A stretch of DNA of 64,000 nt from Gemmatimonadota bacterium (GTDB lineage: Bacteria > Gemmatimonadota > Gemmatimonadetes > Gemmatimonadales > GWC2-71-9), in NCBI GenBank assembly GCA_016720805.1, contig JADKJZ010000014.1, positions 193,772-257,771 of the forward strand, written 5' to 3'. Shown piece after piece: positions 1 through 9,700 of this stretch. The notes beneath the pieces are model-generated. The model had not been told where the DNA came from and did no database searches. It worked only from the letters and a program-made list of their open reading frames with translations. Within the stretch, counting starts at the first letter, position 1. Each line of letters opens with the position of its first letter. A program made the translations under genes and the position numbers.

Positions 1-734
1 GCGCCTACACCGCCGATCAGGTCGCCCTGCTCCGTGCCTATGGCCGGTTGGTGACCCAGGGGGCCAGGATCGGATCGCTGGTCGGACGCCCCGCGGCCGA
101 GGTGATCGAGACTGCCTGGCGGGAGTCGCCCGACGGTACGCCGCTCGGGGAGCCATTGGCCGCCATCCGTCGCCTCGATCGCGAAGCGCTGGAGCGCCTG
201 GTGGCCGAGCAGCTGGCCATTCGTGGCCTGACCGGTTTCGCCGACGAAATCGCGATGCCGTTGGCGACGCTGATTGGCGATCTCTGGTCGATCGGCGACC
301 TCCCGATTGCGGCGGAGCATCTCGCCAGCGAGGTGGTGATCCACGCCCTGAAGGAGGGCCTCCGCGCCCAGCAGCTTCCCGGGCCGTTGGCGTTGGCCGC
401 CTGCCTGCCGGGGGAACGGCATGAGTGGGGGTTCCTCACCACGCTCTGCCACCTGCAGGAGTGGGGCTGGCAGATCCGCTATCTCGGCGCCGACCTCCCG
501 CTGGACGAGGTGGTCGAGTCCGCGTGGCAGGTGACCCCGGCCGCGGTCGCCCTCTCGGTGAGCGACCCCGAAACCTGTGCCTTCGTGCTCGATGAGTTGC
601 TCGCGCTGCCGGCGCGCCTCCCGAATCGATGCTTCGTCTCGATCGGCGGGGCGGGGATCGAGGGTCGGCAGGCCACCTTGGCTGCGGCAGGATTCCAGGT
701 CGGTGCGGAGCCCTTCGCGCTCGCGCCGCGTTAA
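1..734 (+). CDS. carH: CarH/LitR-type B12-dependent light-sensing MerR-family repressor (5' end outside window)
   Basis: Frame is open to the window edge (codons from nt 3 read AYTADQVALLRAYGRLV, like the end of a MerR HTH). Wx9EH motif (W 285-287, EH 315-320) and PGERHEWG lower-ligand His motif, as in Thermus CarH. Lies directly upstream of crtI-crtB. Confidence 0.8.
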   Translation, partial: AYTADQVALLRAYGRLVTQGARIGSLVGRPAAEVIETAWRESPDGTPLGEPLAAIRRLDREALERLVAEQLAIRGLTGFADEIAMPLATLIGDLWSIGDLPIAAEHLASEVVIHALKEGLRAQQLPGPLALAACLPGERHEWGFLTTLCHLQEWGWQIRYLGADLPLDEVVESAWQVTPAAVALSVSDPETCAFVLDELLALPARLPNRCFVSIGGAGIEGRQATLAAAGFQVGAEPFALAPR

Positions 735-771
735 TTTTCGGCGCCCCCTTTTTGCCCCAGACACGACACTC

Positions 772-2127
772 ATGACTCTCGATCCGGCCACCCTCTCCGC
801 GCCGCCGTCCAGCACCGACGACCTCGCCGATTGCCGCCTCCCCGGCGGTCCTGCCGTCACGGGCCAGTGTGCCGTGATTGTCGGTGCGGGCATCGGCGGC
901 CTGGCCAGCGCCATCCACCTCGCGCACGCGGGCTACCGCGTCACCGTCCTCGAGCGCCACGCCGGTCCCGGCGGGCGCAACGGTCGTTGGGAGTCCGAGG
1001 GCTTCACCTTCGACACCGGGCCGTCGTTGCTGCTCATGCTCGAGTACTGGCACAAGCTCTTCGCCATGGTCGGTCGCAAGGTCGAGGACTATCTGGACGT
1101 GGTGCAGGTGCTCCCGAACTACAACGTGCACTTCGCCGACGGCACCGTGCTCGAGATGACGCCCCAGCTCAACGTCCTCCTCGAGGGGATGGAGAAGATC
1201 GAGCCGGGGTGCGGACCGCGCGTGCTCGAGTATCTCGCCCGTACCAAGCGGATGTATGACTCGGGGCTCGAGTTCATCTCGAAGAACATGACGTCGCCGC
1301 TCGACATGATTTCGCCCAGCCGCCTCGGCTCGCTCGCCAATCTCGGCGCGCTCGGCGACCTGCAGAAGCTGATCGCCAAGTACGTCAAGGACGAGCGGCT
1401 GCAGCAGGCGCTCTCCTTCCAGGCACTCTACCTCGGCCTCTCGCCGTATGATGCGCTGGCGATCTATGCCCTCCTGCCCTACACCGAAATCGGCGGCGGC
1501 GTGCATTACCCCATGGGGGGGATGTACGAGTTGCCGCTCGCGCTCGAAAAGGTCGGTCGCGAGATGGGGGTGCAGTATCGGTACGGCGCCAAGGTCACCG
1601 AACTCGAGAAGCACGGCGACACGGTGACGGCGGTCCAGCTCGAGGACGGCTCGCGGGTTGCCGGCGACGTCGTGCTCGTGAACGCCGACCTGCCCTACGC
1701 CTATCAGTCGCTGCTCAAGGAGCCGTATCCGAAGATCGAGCAGAAGCGCTTCTCCTGCTCCGTGGTGCTGATGTACCTCGGCGTGAAGAAGGAGTACGCC
1801 AATCTCGAGCATCACAACTTCATCGTCGCCAAGGACATGCGCGAGGCATGCCGCCAGCTCTTCGAGGAGCACGCGATGCCGGAGGACCCGCCGTACTACG
1901 TCGTGGCCAGCACGCGCACCGACAAGAGCGGAGCGCCCGAGGGATGCGAGAACATCTTCGTGCTCGTGCTCGCGCCGTCGCAGCACCCCGACCCCGCGCG
2001 CCGCATCGACTGGGCGGTCGAAGGCCGAGGGGCGGGCCGCAGAAGCGTCGAGGGTCGGCGCATGCGCGAGCAGGCGGCGGCGGCCTGCCGATGGCGCATT
2101 CGGCGGATGCGTCCCCGGCTTCGGTGA
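772..2127 (+). CDS. crtI: Phytoene desaturase CrtI, C-terminal part aberrant
   Basis: ATG 772. FAD motif VIVGAGIGGLASAIHLAHAG. CrtI-like throughout to IDWAVEG (about nt 2020). The expected ~100-aa C-terminal region is not present in frame, so the stop at 2125-2127 is probably not native. Confidence 0.8.
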   Translation: MTLDPATLSAPPSSTDDLADCRLPGGPAVTGQCAVIVGAGIGGLASAIHLAHAGYRVTVLERHAGPGGRNGRWESEGFTFDTGPSLLLMLEYWHKLFAMVGRKVEDYLDVVQVLPNYNVHFADGTVLEMTPQLNVLLEGMEKIEPGCGPRVLEYLARTKRMYDSGLEFISKNMTSPLDMISPSRLGSLANLGALGDLQKLIAKYVKDERLQQALSFQALYLGLSPYDALAIYALLPYTEIGGGVHYPMGGMYELPLALEKVGREMGVQYRYGAKVTELEKHGDTVTAVQLEDGSRVAGDVVLVNADLPYAYQSLLKEPYPKIEQKRFSCSVVLMYLGVKKEYANLEHHNFIVAKDMREACRQLFEEHAMPEDPPYYVVASTRTDKSGAPEGCENIFVLVLAPSQHPDPARRIDWAVEGRGAGRRSVEGRRMREQAAAACRWRIRRMRPRLR

Positions 2128-2191
2128 CGCCTCGTCGAGCAGGGCGCGCCGAGGGCAACGGCGGATTGGGCGAAGCGTTCTCGCCTCCAAA

Positions 2192-2983
2192 TTGCTGCCG
2201 CCGACAGCCGGAGGAGCCCCCCCCCCCCCCCTGGCGGACGTCCCGGCGGGGGGCGCGGGTCGACGTCGATCGCCGATCGCCATCCGATGCCGCCGAGCCG
2301 ATCTGCGGCGCATCCATGCGGGCGAGGATCCACGCGACCCACGCTGGCTGGCGCTGCGCGACACGATGCGGCGCTTCCCGATTCCGCTCGAGCCGCTCAC
2401 CGACCTGCTGGTCGGTGTCGCCATCGACCTGGAGCCGGTGGAGTTCGAGGATTTCGCCACCTTGCACCGCTACTGCTACCTGGTGGCCGGCGGCGTCGGG
2501 TTGATGCTCGGTCCGGTGCTGGGTGCGCCACCGCAGGCGTTCCGCGAGCCCGGGGTCGGGCTCGGCATCGCCATGCAGCTCGCCAACGTCCTGCGCGACA
2601 TCGGCGAGGACCTCGATCGCGGCCGAGTCTATCTCCCCCGCGAAGAGCTCGAGCGATTCGGATTGACCCGCGCCGATCTCGAGGTCCGCAAGGTCACGCC
2701 CGACTTCGTGCGGATGATGCAGTGGCAGGTGGCACGCGCGCGCCGCTACTTCGAGGATGCCGACGTCGTGATCGGCCTCTTCCCGCGTGACGGCTCGCGC
2801 CTCACGGTGCGGCTGCTGCAGCAGACGTACGCCGGCATTCTCGACGTGATCGAGGCGAACCAGTACAACGTCTTCACCCAGCGCGCCTTCACCACGATGC
2901 CGAAGAAGCTGTCGATCCTTGCGCGCGCGCTGTGGGATGAGCGCTTCCTCTCCGGCGCCATGCCTGGCGAACAGTCCGCATGA
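2192..2983 (+). CDS. crtB: Phytoene synthase CrtB, N-terminus uncertain or disrupted
   Basis: Squalene/phytoene synthase core motifs YCYLVAGGVGLM and NVLRDIGEDLDRGRVYLP. The first Asp-rich motif region is not found in this frame. TTG 2192 is only the first start in the ORF. Confidence 0.75.
   Translation: MLPPTAGGAPPPPLADVPAGGAGRRRSPIAIRCRRADLRRIHAGEDPRDPRWLALRDTMRRFPIPLEPLTDLLVGVAIDLEPVEFEDFATLHRYCYLVAGGVGLMLGPVLGAPPQAFREPGVGLGIAMQLANVLRDIGEDLDRGRVYLPREELERFGLTRADLEVRKVTPDFVRMMQWQVARARRYFEDADVVIGLFPRDGSRLTVRLLQQTYAGILDVIEANQYNVFTQRAFTTMPKKLSILARALWDERFLSGAMPGEQSA
2217..2231. repeat. Homopolymer C15 tract at the crtI/crtB junction
   Basis: 15 consecutive C read directly, in the middle of the region where both flanking genes lose their frames. 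Confidence 0.9.
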
Positions 2984-3759
2984 CCGATCGCGGGGCCCTG
3001 CCCGCACCGCTTCCCCCGCCCGGGCCGTTCGCGGTCCGGGCGTTTGAGCGCTACGTGGCGGGCCTCGCGCGCAAGACCTTTGCGTCGGTGCGCTGGCATG
3101 CGCTCGACGATTGGCGCGCGTGGCCGTCGTTGCCCACCCTCGTGGTGGCGAATCACACGAACTGGTGGGATGGCTTCCTCTCGAGTCCGCTCTCCACCGC
3201 GATGGGGCACCGTTTCCGGATCCTGATGGAGGCGCGGAACCTCGCCCGCTACAAGATCTTTCGCCGGGTCGGTGCGCTGCCCGTCGAACGACGGTCGCCC
3301 ATGCAGGCAATGCGCGATCTCGCGCTGGCGACCGCCTGTCTGGCACCGGGGACCATGGTGTGGATCTACCCGCAGGGGCAGCGCAGCCCGGCCGCAGCGC
3401 CGATCGCCGACCTCGAGCGTGGCGCTGCCTGGATGATCGCACGTCACGGCGGGCCGATCCGTATCCTCCCGGTGGCCTTCCGGTACCCCTTCCTTGGGGA
3501 GCAACAGCCGGAAGCCTTCATTCTGGCCGGCCACTCCTGGGTGGAACATCCCGGCGCCAGCATGCAGCGGGCAGGGGTGCACGGACGCCTGACCGAGGGC
3601 CTCCGGACAACCATCGCCACGCTCGATGCGCGGCTCGTGTCGGAATCGCTCGACGACTTCGCCACCCTCATCGCCGGCCGCCCGTCGATCAACACGCGAT
3701 TGGACGCGGTGCGACATCGGCTCGGCCTGCTCGACGACTACGATCGACGGAACGGCTGA
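2980..3759 (+). CDS. PlsC/LPLAT-family acyltransferase
   Basis: ATGA overlap with the crtB stop. HX4D motif in ANHTNWWDG. A role in carotenoid or glycolipid acylation is inference from position only. Confidence 0.7.
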   Translation: MTDRGALPAPLPPPGPFAVRAFERYVAGLARKTFASVRWHALDDWRAWPSLPTLVVANHTNWWDGFLSSPLSTAMGHRFRILMEARNLARYKIFRRVGALPVERRSPMQAMRDLALATACLAPGTMVWIYPQGQRSPAAAPIADLERGAAWMIARHGGPIRILPVAFRYPFLGEQQPEAFILAGHSWVEHPGASMQRAGVHGRLTEGLRTTIATLDARLVSESLDDFATLIAGRPSINTRLDAVRHRLGLLDDYDRRNG

Positions 3760-3827
3760 CCGGAAACGCAGTGCGCGGGTGCGGCCAGAGGCCGCACCCG
3801 CGCATCGAGTCAGGCCGGTGAACGCGC

Positions 3828-4574
3828 CTAGAGGCTGGACGCCTGCTGCTTCCGCCGACGGCGGCTGGCGGCCGCCATGCCGGCCAGGCCGGTGGCGAGC
3901 AGCGTCATCGTGGCCGGCTCGGGCACGACTTCCTGCGGCGGCGACGGCTGGCGATACAGGAATTCCTGGGCGCCGCAATTCGGGTTCGTGGCCAGGTCGC
4001 AGGTGATCAATGCCCAATCGGAGTACGTGGTCAGCGCCGGCGACGAGTTGTAGAAGCCGGTGGTCAGGCCGAGAAACGCACCGTAGTTGGTCACCAGGTT
4101 GTTGAGTCGGGTCGTGGTGTTGCTGCCGTAACCCAGCAGGGCCCACATCGCATCCTGGATCGCACCATCGCGCGCCTTGGTCGCATTGCTCGGCGACGCC
4201 TGGTCCTGCCACAGCATCTGGTCGGCGAGGTAGGCCGCCCAGCGATAGGCGTCCGGGGACGACCCGCCGGTTGCCCCGTTCCGGGCGTGCGAGAAGTCGG
4301 TCCCATCCAGCGGGGTGATCCAGGCGTCGTAGGTCTGGCCACCGCTGATCCAGTGGTTGTAGTCGACGCACCAGACGTAGAAGGCCGATCCGTAGACGTT
4401 CGGCGCCGTGTCGAACTGGCCCAGGTACGGCCCGCCGACGACATTCCCGATCACCGGGGCGCCAGCGATGGAGCCCGCGAATCGGAAGCCGTCCTGATAC
4501 GGCGTGGTCTGCGCCTGCAACGGCGCGGCGATCAGGGCAGTGGCCGACAGGATCTGGAGCAGACGAGCGTTCAT
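3828..4574 (-). CDS. Secreted PEP-CTERM domain protein
   Basis: Start moved to ATG 4574 (MNARLLQILSATALIAAPLQAQ signal peptide). C-terminus VPEPATMTLLATGLAGMAAASRRRRK is a PEP-CTERM sorting signal. Confidence 0.75.
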   Translation of the reverse strand: MNARLLQILSATALIAAPLQAQTTPYQDGFRFAGSIAGAPVIGNVVGGPYLGQFDTAPNVYGSAFYVWCVDYNHWISGGQTYDAWITPLDGTDFSHARNGATGGSSPDAYRWAAYLADQMLWQDQASPSNATKARDGAIQDAMWALLGYGSNTTTRLNNLVTNYGAFLGLTTGFYNSSPALTTYSDWALITCDLATNPNCGAQEFLYRQPSPPQEVVPEPATMTLLATGLAGMAAASRRRRKQQASSL

Positions 4575-4716
4575 GGTGATTCTCGGCAACGGGGAATCGG
4601 AGCAACCAGGGTACGGACTCCTTCTATGGCAACGGTGGGGCCACAAGCCGGCGCCCAGGTCGTGCCATTCCGGTGATGTCTCGCTAAGTTATTGGTGGTA
4701 TTGATGTTGCAGTGAT

Positions 4717-5307
4717 TTGATCCGGTACGGGATGGGTGGCGCCGGCGCGGCAGGTGCCGCGGGCGTACCACGGCCGAGCCTCGGTTTGTGGCGACGGTCC
4801 ATCAAGATCGACGAAAGGTGTGGTATCAGGCCCACGGGGCTGGGGGGCGTTCTGCAGTACTTGACGTGGAAGGCGCTGCACGTGATTGGCGCCGTGCTCA
4901 TGGTGGGGAATGTGACTGTCACCGGCGTCTGGACGATCCTGCTTTGGCGTGATCGGGCCGACCGGACGCCCAGGCACATCGCCCGGGGCATCCTCTGGAC
5001 CGACCTGCTCTTTACCTTCCTTGGCGGGGCGCTGATGACCATCGCCGGCATCATGATGGTCCGGCAAGCCTATCCGGCCGGCGCGTGGCGGCAGGTCCCC
5101 TGGCTTGTGCAGGGGATCGAGATGCTCGGGATCTCCTCCGCCATCTGGCTGGCGCTGCTGATACCTGATCAATTCCGCATGGAGCGCTGCCCCGAGGGTC
5201 AGGTCGCCCGCTTCCGCACGCTCTATCTGCGTTGGAGCATCATCGGGTGGGTCGCCACCGCGTTCCTCTTTCGGGGTATCTGGGTGATGACCACCAAGCC
5301 GACATGA
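4717..5307 (+). CDS. Integral membrane protein, DUF2269-like
   Basis: About four hydrophobic helices starting at LTWKALHVIGAVLMVGN. Start uncertain: TTG 4861 would give a family-typical protein of about 148 aa. Stop overlaps the next start (ATGA). Confidence 0.6.
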   Translation: MIRYGMGGAGAAGAAGVPRPSLGLWRRSIKIDERCGIRPTGLGGVLQYLTWKALHVIGAVLMVGNVTVTGVWTILLWRDRADRTPRHIARGILWTDLLFTFLGGALMTIAGIMMVRQAYPAGAWRQVPWLVQGIEMLGISSAIWLALLIPDQFRMERCPEGQVARFRTLYLRWSIIGWVATAFLFRGIWVMTTKPT

Positions 5308-6143
5308 CCGACTCGTTGACGCTCCGTCTCCGCCTCGCGGTCGCCGCCTCCGCGGAGCTGGGCGAGGAAGAGGCCGCCACAGGCGGTCGCCGAGTCTTCC
5401 TGGCGCGGTCGCGCACGGATGCCCCGGAGGCTGCCCCCTCCCGTCGCGTGGTGCTGCACCCCGCGCCGCCGGATGGCCCGACGCACGAGGCGCTGGTCCG
5501 CCGCACCGACCAGCTGCTGGTGCTCACCCACCCCGCCATCGCCGCCCCCATCGCGACCGGGGAGCTCGAGGGGCGGGCCTGGATCATCGATCCGATCCCA
5601 CCGGGCGTTCCTCTCCTGCAGCGCCTCGCCGATCGCGGTACGCTGCCGCTGCGCGAGGCAATTGCCATCCTCCGCGATGTTGCCCGAGCCCTTGCCGCGC
5701 TCCACCGTCGGGAGTTGACCCACGGCAGGCTCTGGGCCGGCACCGTGATGCTCGATCGGCGCGGGACGGTGCTCACGTCGTTCGGGCTGGTTGCCGACGC
5801 GACGCCGAAGGACGATCTCCATGCCCTCGGGGCGCTCGCCTGGGAAATGCTGGTCGGGTTGCCTCCCCAGGCGGTCGGAAGCTGGCCGCTCCGCACCTAC
5901 CGCCCCTCCGCCCCGGCCGACCTCGAGCGGCTGGTCGGCGGGCTGCTCTCGCCTGACGGGGAGCCGCGCCCAGGTCGGGCGGAGGATGTGCTCGATGTCC
6001 TCGACCATTTCCCGCCGCTCACCCCGGAACCGATCGCCGATTTCCTCGATGGCGTCGCCGCCGGCGGGGGACGTCGGAGCCGCCGCCGCCGCGGGCTGAT
6101 GGTCACCCTCGGGTCACTCTTGGGGCGGCTTCGAGGCGTTTGA
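5304..6143 (+). CDS. Degenerate protein-kinase-like domain protein (pseudokinase)
   Basis: Kinase C-lobe-like LRDVARALAALHRRELTHGRLWAGTVMLDRRGTVLTSFGLV. The catalytic HRD Asp is replaced by Gly, DFG by SFG, and there is no Gly-rich loop. Confidence 0.6.
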   Translation: MTDSLTLRLRLAVAASAELGEEEAATGGRRVFLARSRTDAPEAAPSRRVVLHPAPPDGPTHEALVRRTDQLLVLTHPAIAAPIATGELEGRAWIIDPIPPGVPLLQRLADRGTLPLREAIAILRDVARALAALHRRELTHGRLWAGTVMLDRRGTVLTSFGLVADATPKDDLHALGALAWEMLVGLPPQAVGSWPLRTYRPSAPADLERLVGGLLSPDGEPRPGRAEDVLDVLDHFPPLTPEPIADFLDGVAAGGGRRSRRRRGLMVTLGSLLGRLRGV

Positions 6144-6225
6144 GGGCCGGCTCACTTTCCCGTCAATGCACATTCGGCTATTTTACGGGGATGTTCATAA
6201 ACGATTCTCAGAAGGAAGCAGATTA

Positions 6226-6657
6226 GTGGCACGCACCAGACGTCGCGGTGGCACCAACGTCGCACCACCGTCCGAAGCAGCGGTTCTCCCAGGTCCCGCC
6301 GGCACCACCGTTTCTCGCCCCGCTGGACGCACCTACGGCTCCCATCGTGAATGGCTCCTGGCCAGGCACGGGTCGGTGTGCGCGTACTGTGGCGCCAAGG
6401 TTCCACCCGAAACCATCACGCTCGACCACGTCCGGCCGCGTCGCGGCCAGTCGGCCTACGACCGGCCCGACAACCTGGTCCTCGCCTGCCGCCCCTGCAA
6501 CGCCGCCAAGGCCGACATGCCGCTGCTGGCGTTCCTGATGGCGCGCCGCGCGCGTGGTGTCTTCCTGCTGCACTACGGCGATCACCTCTCCGACCCGCTG
6601 AAGGAATTGGTGCGGAAGTCGAGTGAGCGGCCGTTGTTGCCGCCGGAGAGTCGTTAG
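6226..6657 (+). CDS. HNH endonuclease
   Basis: CAYCG ... TLDHVRPRRGQ ... NLVLACRPCNAAK (His-Me finger with Cys pairs). GTG 6226 is preceded by GGAAG. Lower-GC promoter-like DNA at 6150-6225. The stop TAG lies in the heptamer array. Confidence 0.75.
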   Translation: MARTRRRGGTNVAPPSEAAVLPGPAGTTVSRPAGRTYGSHREWLLARHGSVCAYCGAKVPPETITLDHVRPRRGQSAYDRPDNLVLACRPCNAAKADMPLLAFLMARRARGVFLLHYGDHLSDPLKELVRKSSERPLLPPESR

Positions 6658-6783
6658 TCGTTAGTCGTTAGTCGTTAGGACGTAATGGAAAGAGGGTCGC
6701 GCATCACGGCAAATTGCTCGTGACTCGCGACCCTCTCAGCCTTTCACCCTAACGACTAACGACTAACGACTAACGACTAACGA
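6651..6783. repeat. Composite palindromic element: 4x TCGTTAG, GC hairpin, 5x CTAACGA
   Basis: Left array 6651-6678. Inner 11-bp stem AGAGGGTCGCG/CGCGACCCTCT at 6691-6736. Right array 6749-6783. Lies between convergent HNH and kgd. Confidence 0.9.
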
Positions 6784-9700
6784 CTCCAGCACCCTTTCCC
6801 CCCAACGCCTCTCCCACAATCCGCGCCTGCTCCGCCTTGTGCGCCGAGAGATAGCCCTCGGCTGGCGAGGCGCGCTCGGGACGGCCGATGTAGCGCATCG
6901 TCACGCCGGCCGGGAGAATGGTGCGCATCCGCGGCTCGATGAACGACCAGGCGCCCATGTTGCGCGGCTCTTCCTGCACCCACGCCACGTCGGTCAGCGA
7001 CGGATAGCGCGACAGCAGTTCCTTCACCTCGCGCTCGGGGAAGGGATAGAGCTGCTCGATCCGGGCGATCGGCGGGCGATCATCGCCGAGCTTGGCCGCC
7101 TCTTCGACGAGGTCGTAGTAGACCTTGCCGGTGCAGAGCAGCAGCGTGCGCGCGGCGGCGCGGCGACCGTTGGTGGCCGGATCGTCGAGGACCGTCTCGA
7201 AGCGGCCCGAGGAGAGATCGGCCAGCGAGCAGCTTGCGGCCGTGGCGCGGAGCAACGACTTCGGCGTCATCACGACCAACGGCCGGCGGATCGCCCACTT
7301 CGCCTGACGGCGCAGGACGTGGAAGTACTGCCCCGAGGTGGAGCAGTTGACCACGCGGATGTTGCCCTCGGCGGCCGACTGCAGGAAGCGCTCGACGCGC
7401 CCGCTGGAATGCTCCGGCCCCTGGCCCTCATAGCCGTGCGGCAGCAGCAGCGTGAGCCGCGAGGTGACGCCCCACTTCGACAGACTCGACGCGAGGAACT
7501 GGTCGAGCATCACCTGCGCGCCGTTCACGAAGTCGCCGAACTGCGCCTCCCACACCACCAGCGCCTCGGGCGCCGCCGTGGCATAGCCGTACTCGAAACC
7601 GATCGTCGCCAGTTCGGAGAGCGGCGAGTTGTGCACCTCGAGCGGCGCCGAGGCGCCTGGCAGCGCCTGCACCGGCGCGAAGACGTCGCCATTCAGTGCG
7701 TCGTGCAGGACCAGGTGGCGATGGGAGAAGGTGCCGCGCCCCACGTCCTGGCCGGTGAGCCGGATCGGAGTCCCCTCGACCAGCAGCGAGGCAAACGCCA
7801 GCGCTTCGGCGTGTCCCCAGTCGATGCCATGCGGTTCGATCAGCGCGCTGCGACGCTTCTCGAGCTGCTTCACCAGCTTCGGGTGCACCGTGAAGCCGGC
7901 CGGCCACGAGAGGAGCTGCTCGTTGAGCGAGGCGATCATCTCCGCCGGCAACGCCGTCTCGAGTTCGCCGGCCACGCCCGCATCGCGCGCCGGCTCGACC
8001 ACGGCAGCCGGCCGCCCGATCGACGACTTGAAGGAGGTCTGGATCTCGACAAAGCGGTCGTACGTCTTGGTCACCAGCGCATCGGCATCTCCAGCCGAGA
8101 GCACGCCGGCGCTCGCCAACTGCTCGGCGTAGCGGGCGCGCACCGTCGGCATCTCCTTGATCCGCGCGTACATCACCGGCTGCGTGTAGCCCGGCTCGTC
8201 CGTCTCGTTGTGCCCGTGGCGGCGATACCCCACCAGATCGATGAGCACGTCGTCTTCGAACTTGACGCGGTACGCCATCGCCAGGCGGACGGCCGCGAGG
8301 CAGGCCTCCGGGTCGTCGGCGTTGACGTGGATGATCGGGATGTCGAAGCCCTTGGCGAGGTCCGACGCCCAGCGCGTCGAGCGGCCGTCGCGCGGGTCGG
8401 TGGTGAAGCCGACCTGATTGTTGGCAATCAGGTGGACCGAGCCGCCGGTGTGATAGCCCGCGAGGTCGCCGAGATTCAGCGTCTCGGCCACGACGCCCTG
8501 CCCCGGGAAGGCGGCGTCACCATGGATGATCACGGGCAGCGCGGCCGTCGTGTCGACCACGGCTTCGCGGCCGCGACGATTGGTCTGCGCCGCGCGCGCC
8601 CGGCCATCGACCACCGGCCCGATGAACTCGAGGTGACTCGGGTTCGGCAGCAGCGCGACCGTGATGGCCTTGCCACCCTGCGTGACGAACGCTCCCTCGG
8701 CGCCGTGATGGTACTTCACGTCGCCGGTGCCACCATCTGGGGTCATCCCGCCGGTCGGTTGCTTGGCGCCTTCGAATTCGGCAAAGAGTGCCTCGTACGG
8801 GCGGCCGACGGTGTGCACCAGCACGTTCAGGCGGCCGCGGTGCGCCATGCCGAGCACCACGTCGCGTGCGCCCGCGTCTGCGGCGAGCTCGATCGTGAGG
8901 TCGAGCATCGGGACCATGATGTCGAGCCCTTCGATCGAGAAGCGCTTGGCACCGAGATACGCCTTGCCGAGGAAACGTTCGAGCCCCTCGACCTGCGTGA
9001 GCCGCTCGAGCAGGGCATGCTGCGCCTCCGCCGTGATCGGCTGGCGATGGGCGCCCGATTCGATCTGCTGCCGCAGCCAGACGCGCTGCTCGTGCGAGGC
9101 GATGTGCTCGACTTCGTAGGCGATCGTACCGCAATAGGTGGCCTGCAGGTGGGGCAGCGCCTCGGCGAGCGTCTTCCCGGGGACGGCGATGCGCAGCACG
9201 TCGGTCGGGATGGTCGCCATCGTGGCCTCGTCGAGGCCGACCGTGGCCGGGACGAGCGCCGGATCGCCGACCGGCGGCGTCCCGAGCGGATCGAGCTGCG
9301 CGGCCAAGTGGCCGTGGGTCCGGAACGCCTTGATCAGCGCCATCCCGGCCGCCACGTGCTGCAGCTGGGCCGGCGACGTGGTCGTGGCGGCGCTCGCGAT
9401 CGGCATCATGCCGGTCCAGCCCGCGGAGGCCGGGGGCGCGGCGACGGAGGCCGTTCCGGGGGTGGCGGTGAGGGGCGACGGGGTCGCAAGGCCGAAGGCC
9501 GCGAAGATCCCCTCGTAGAAACCGTGCTCGCCCTGAAGGAACTGGTCCACCAGCTTGAGGAAGTTCCCCGACTCCGCGCCCTGGATCACGCGGTGATCAT
9601 ACGTCGAGGTGATCATCATCACCTTGGCGATGCCGAGCGTGGCGATCTGTTCCTTCGACATCCCGGTGAACTCGGGCGGATAGGCGATCGCCCCGGTGGC

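Noticed and set aside
2217-2231. C15 tract as a phase-variation (contingency) switch for carotenoid genes.
   Set aside because: It cannot be supported. The frames on both sides are already inconsistent over about 300 nt, so a single slippage event would not restore either gene. An artefact or a deletion is at least as likely.
436-3442. Long minus-strand ORFs (436-2460, 674 aa; 1820-3442, 540 aa) antisense to the carH-crtI-crtB genes.
   Set aside because: Their translations are Arg/Pro/Gly/Ala-rich low complexity, typical of off-frame ORFs in GC-rich DNA. They overlap genes with clear family motifs.
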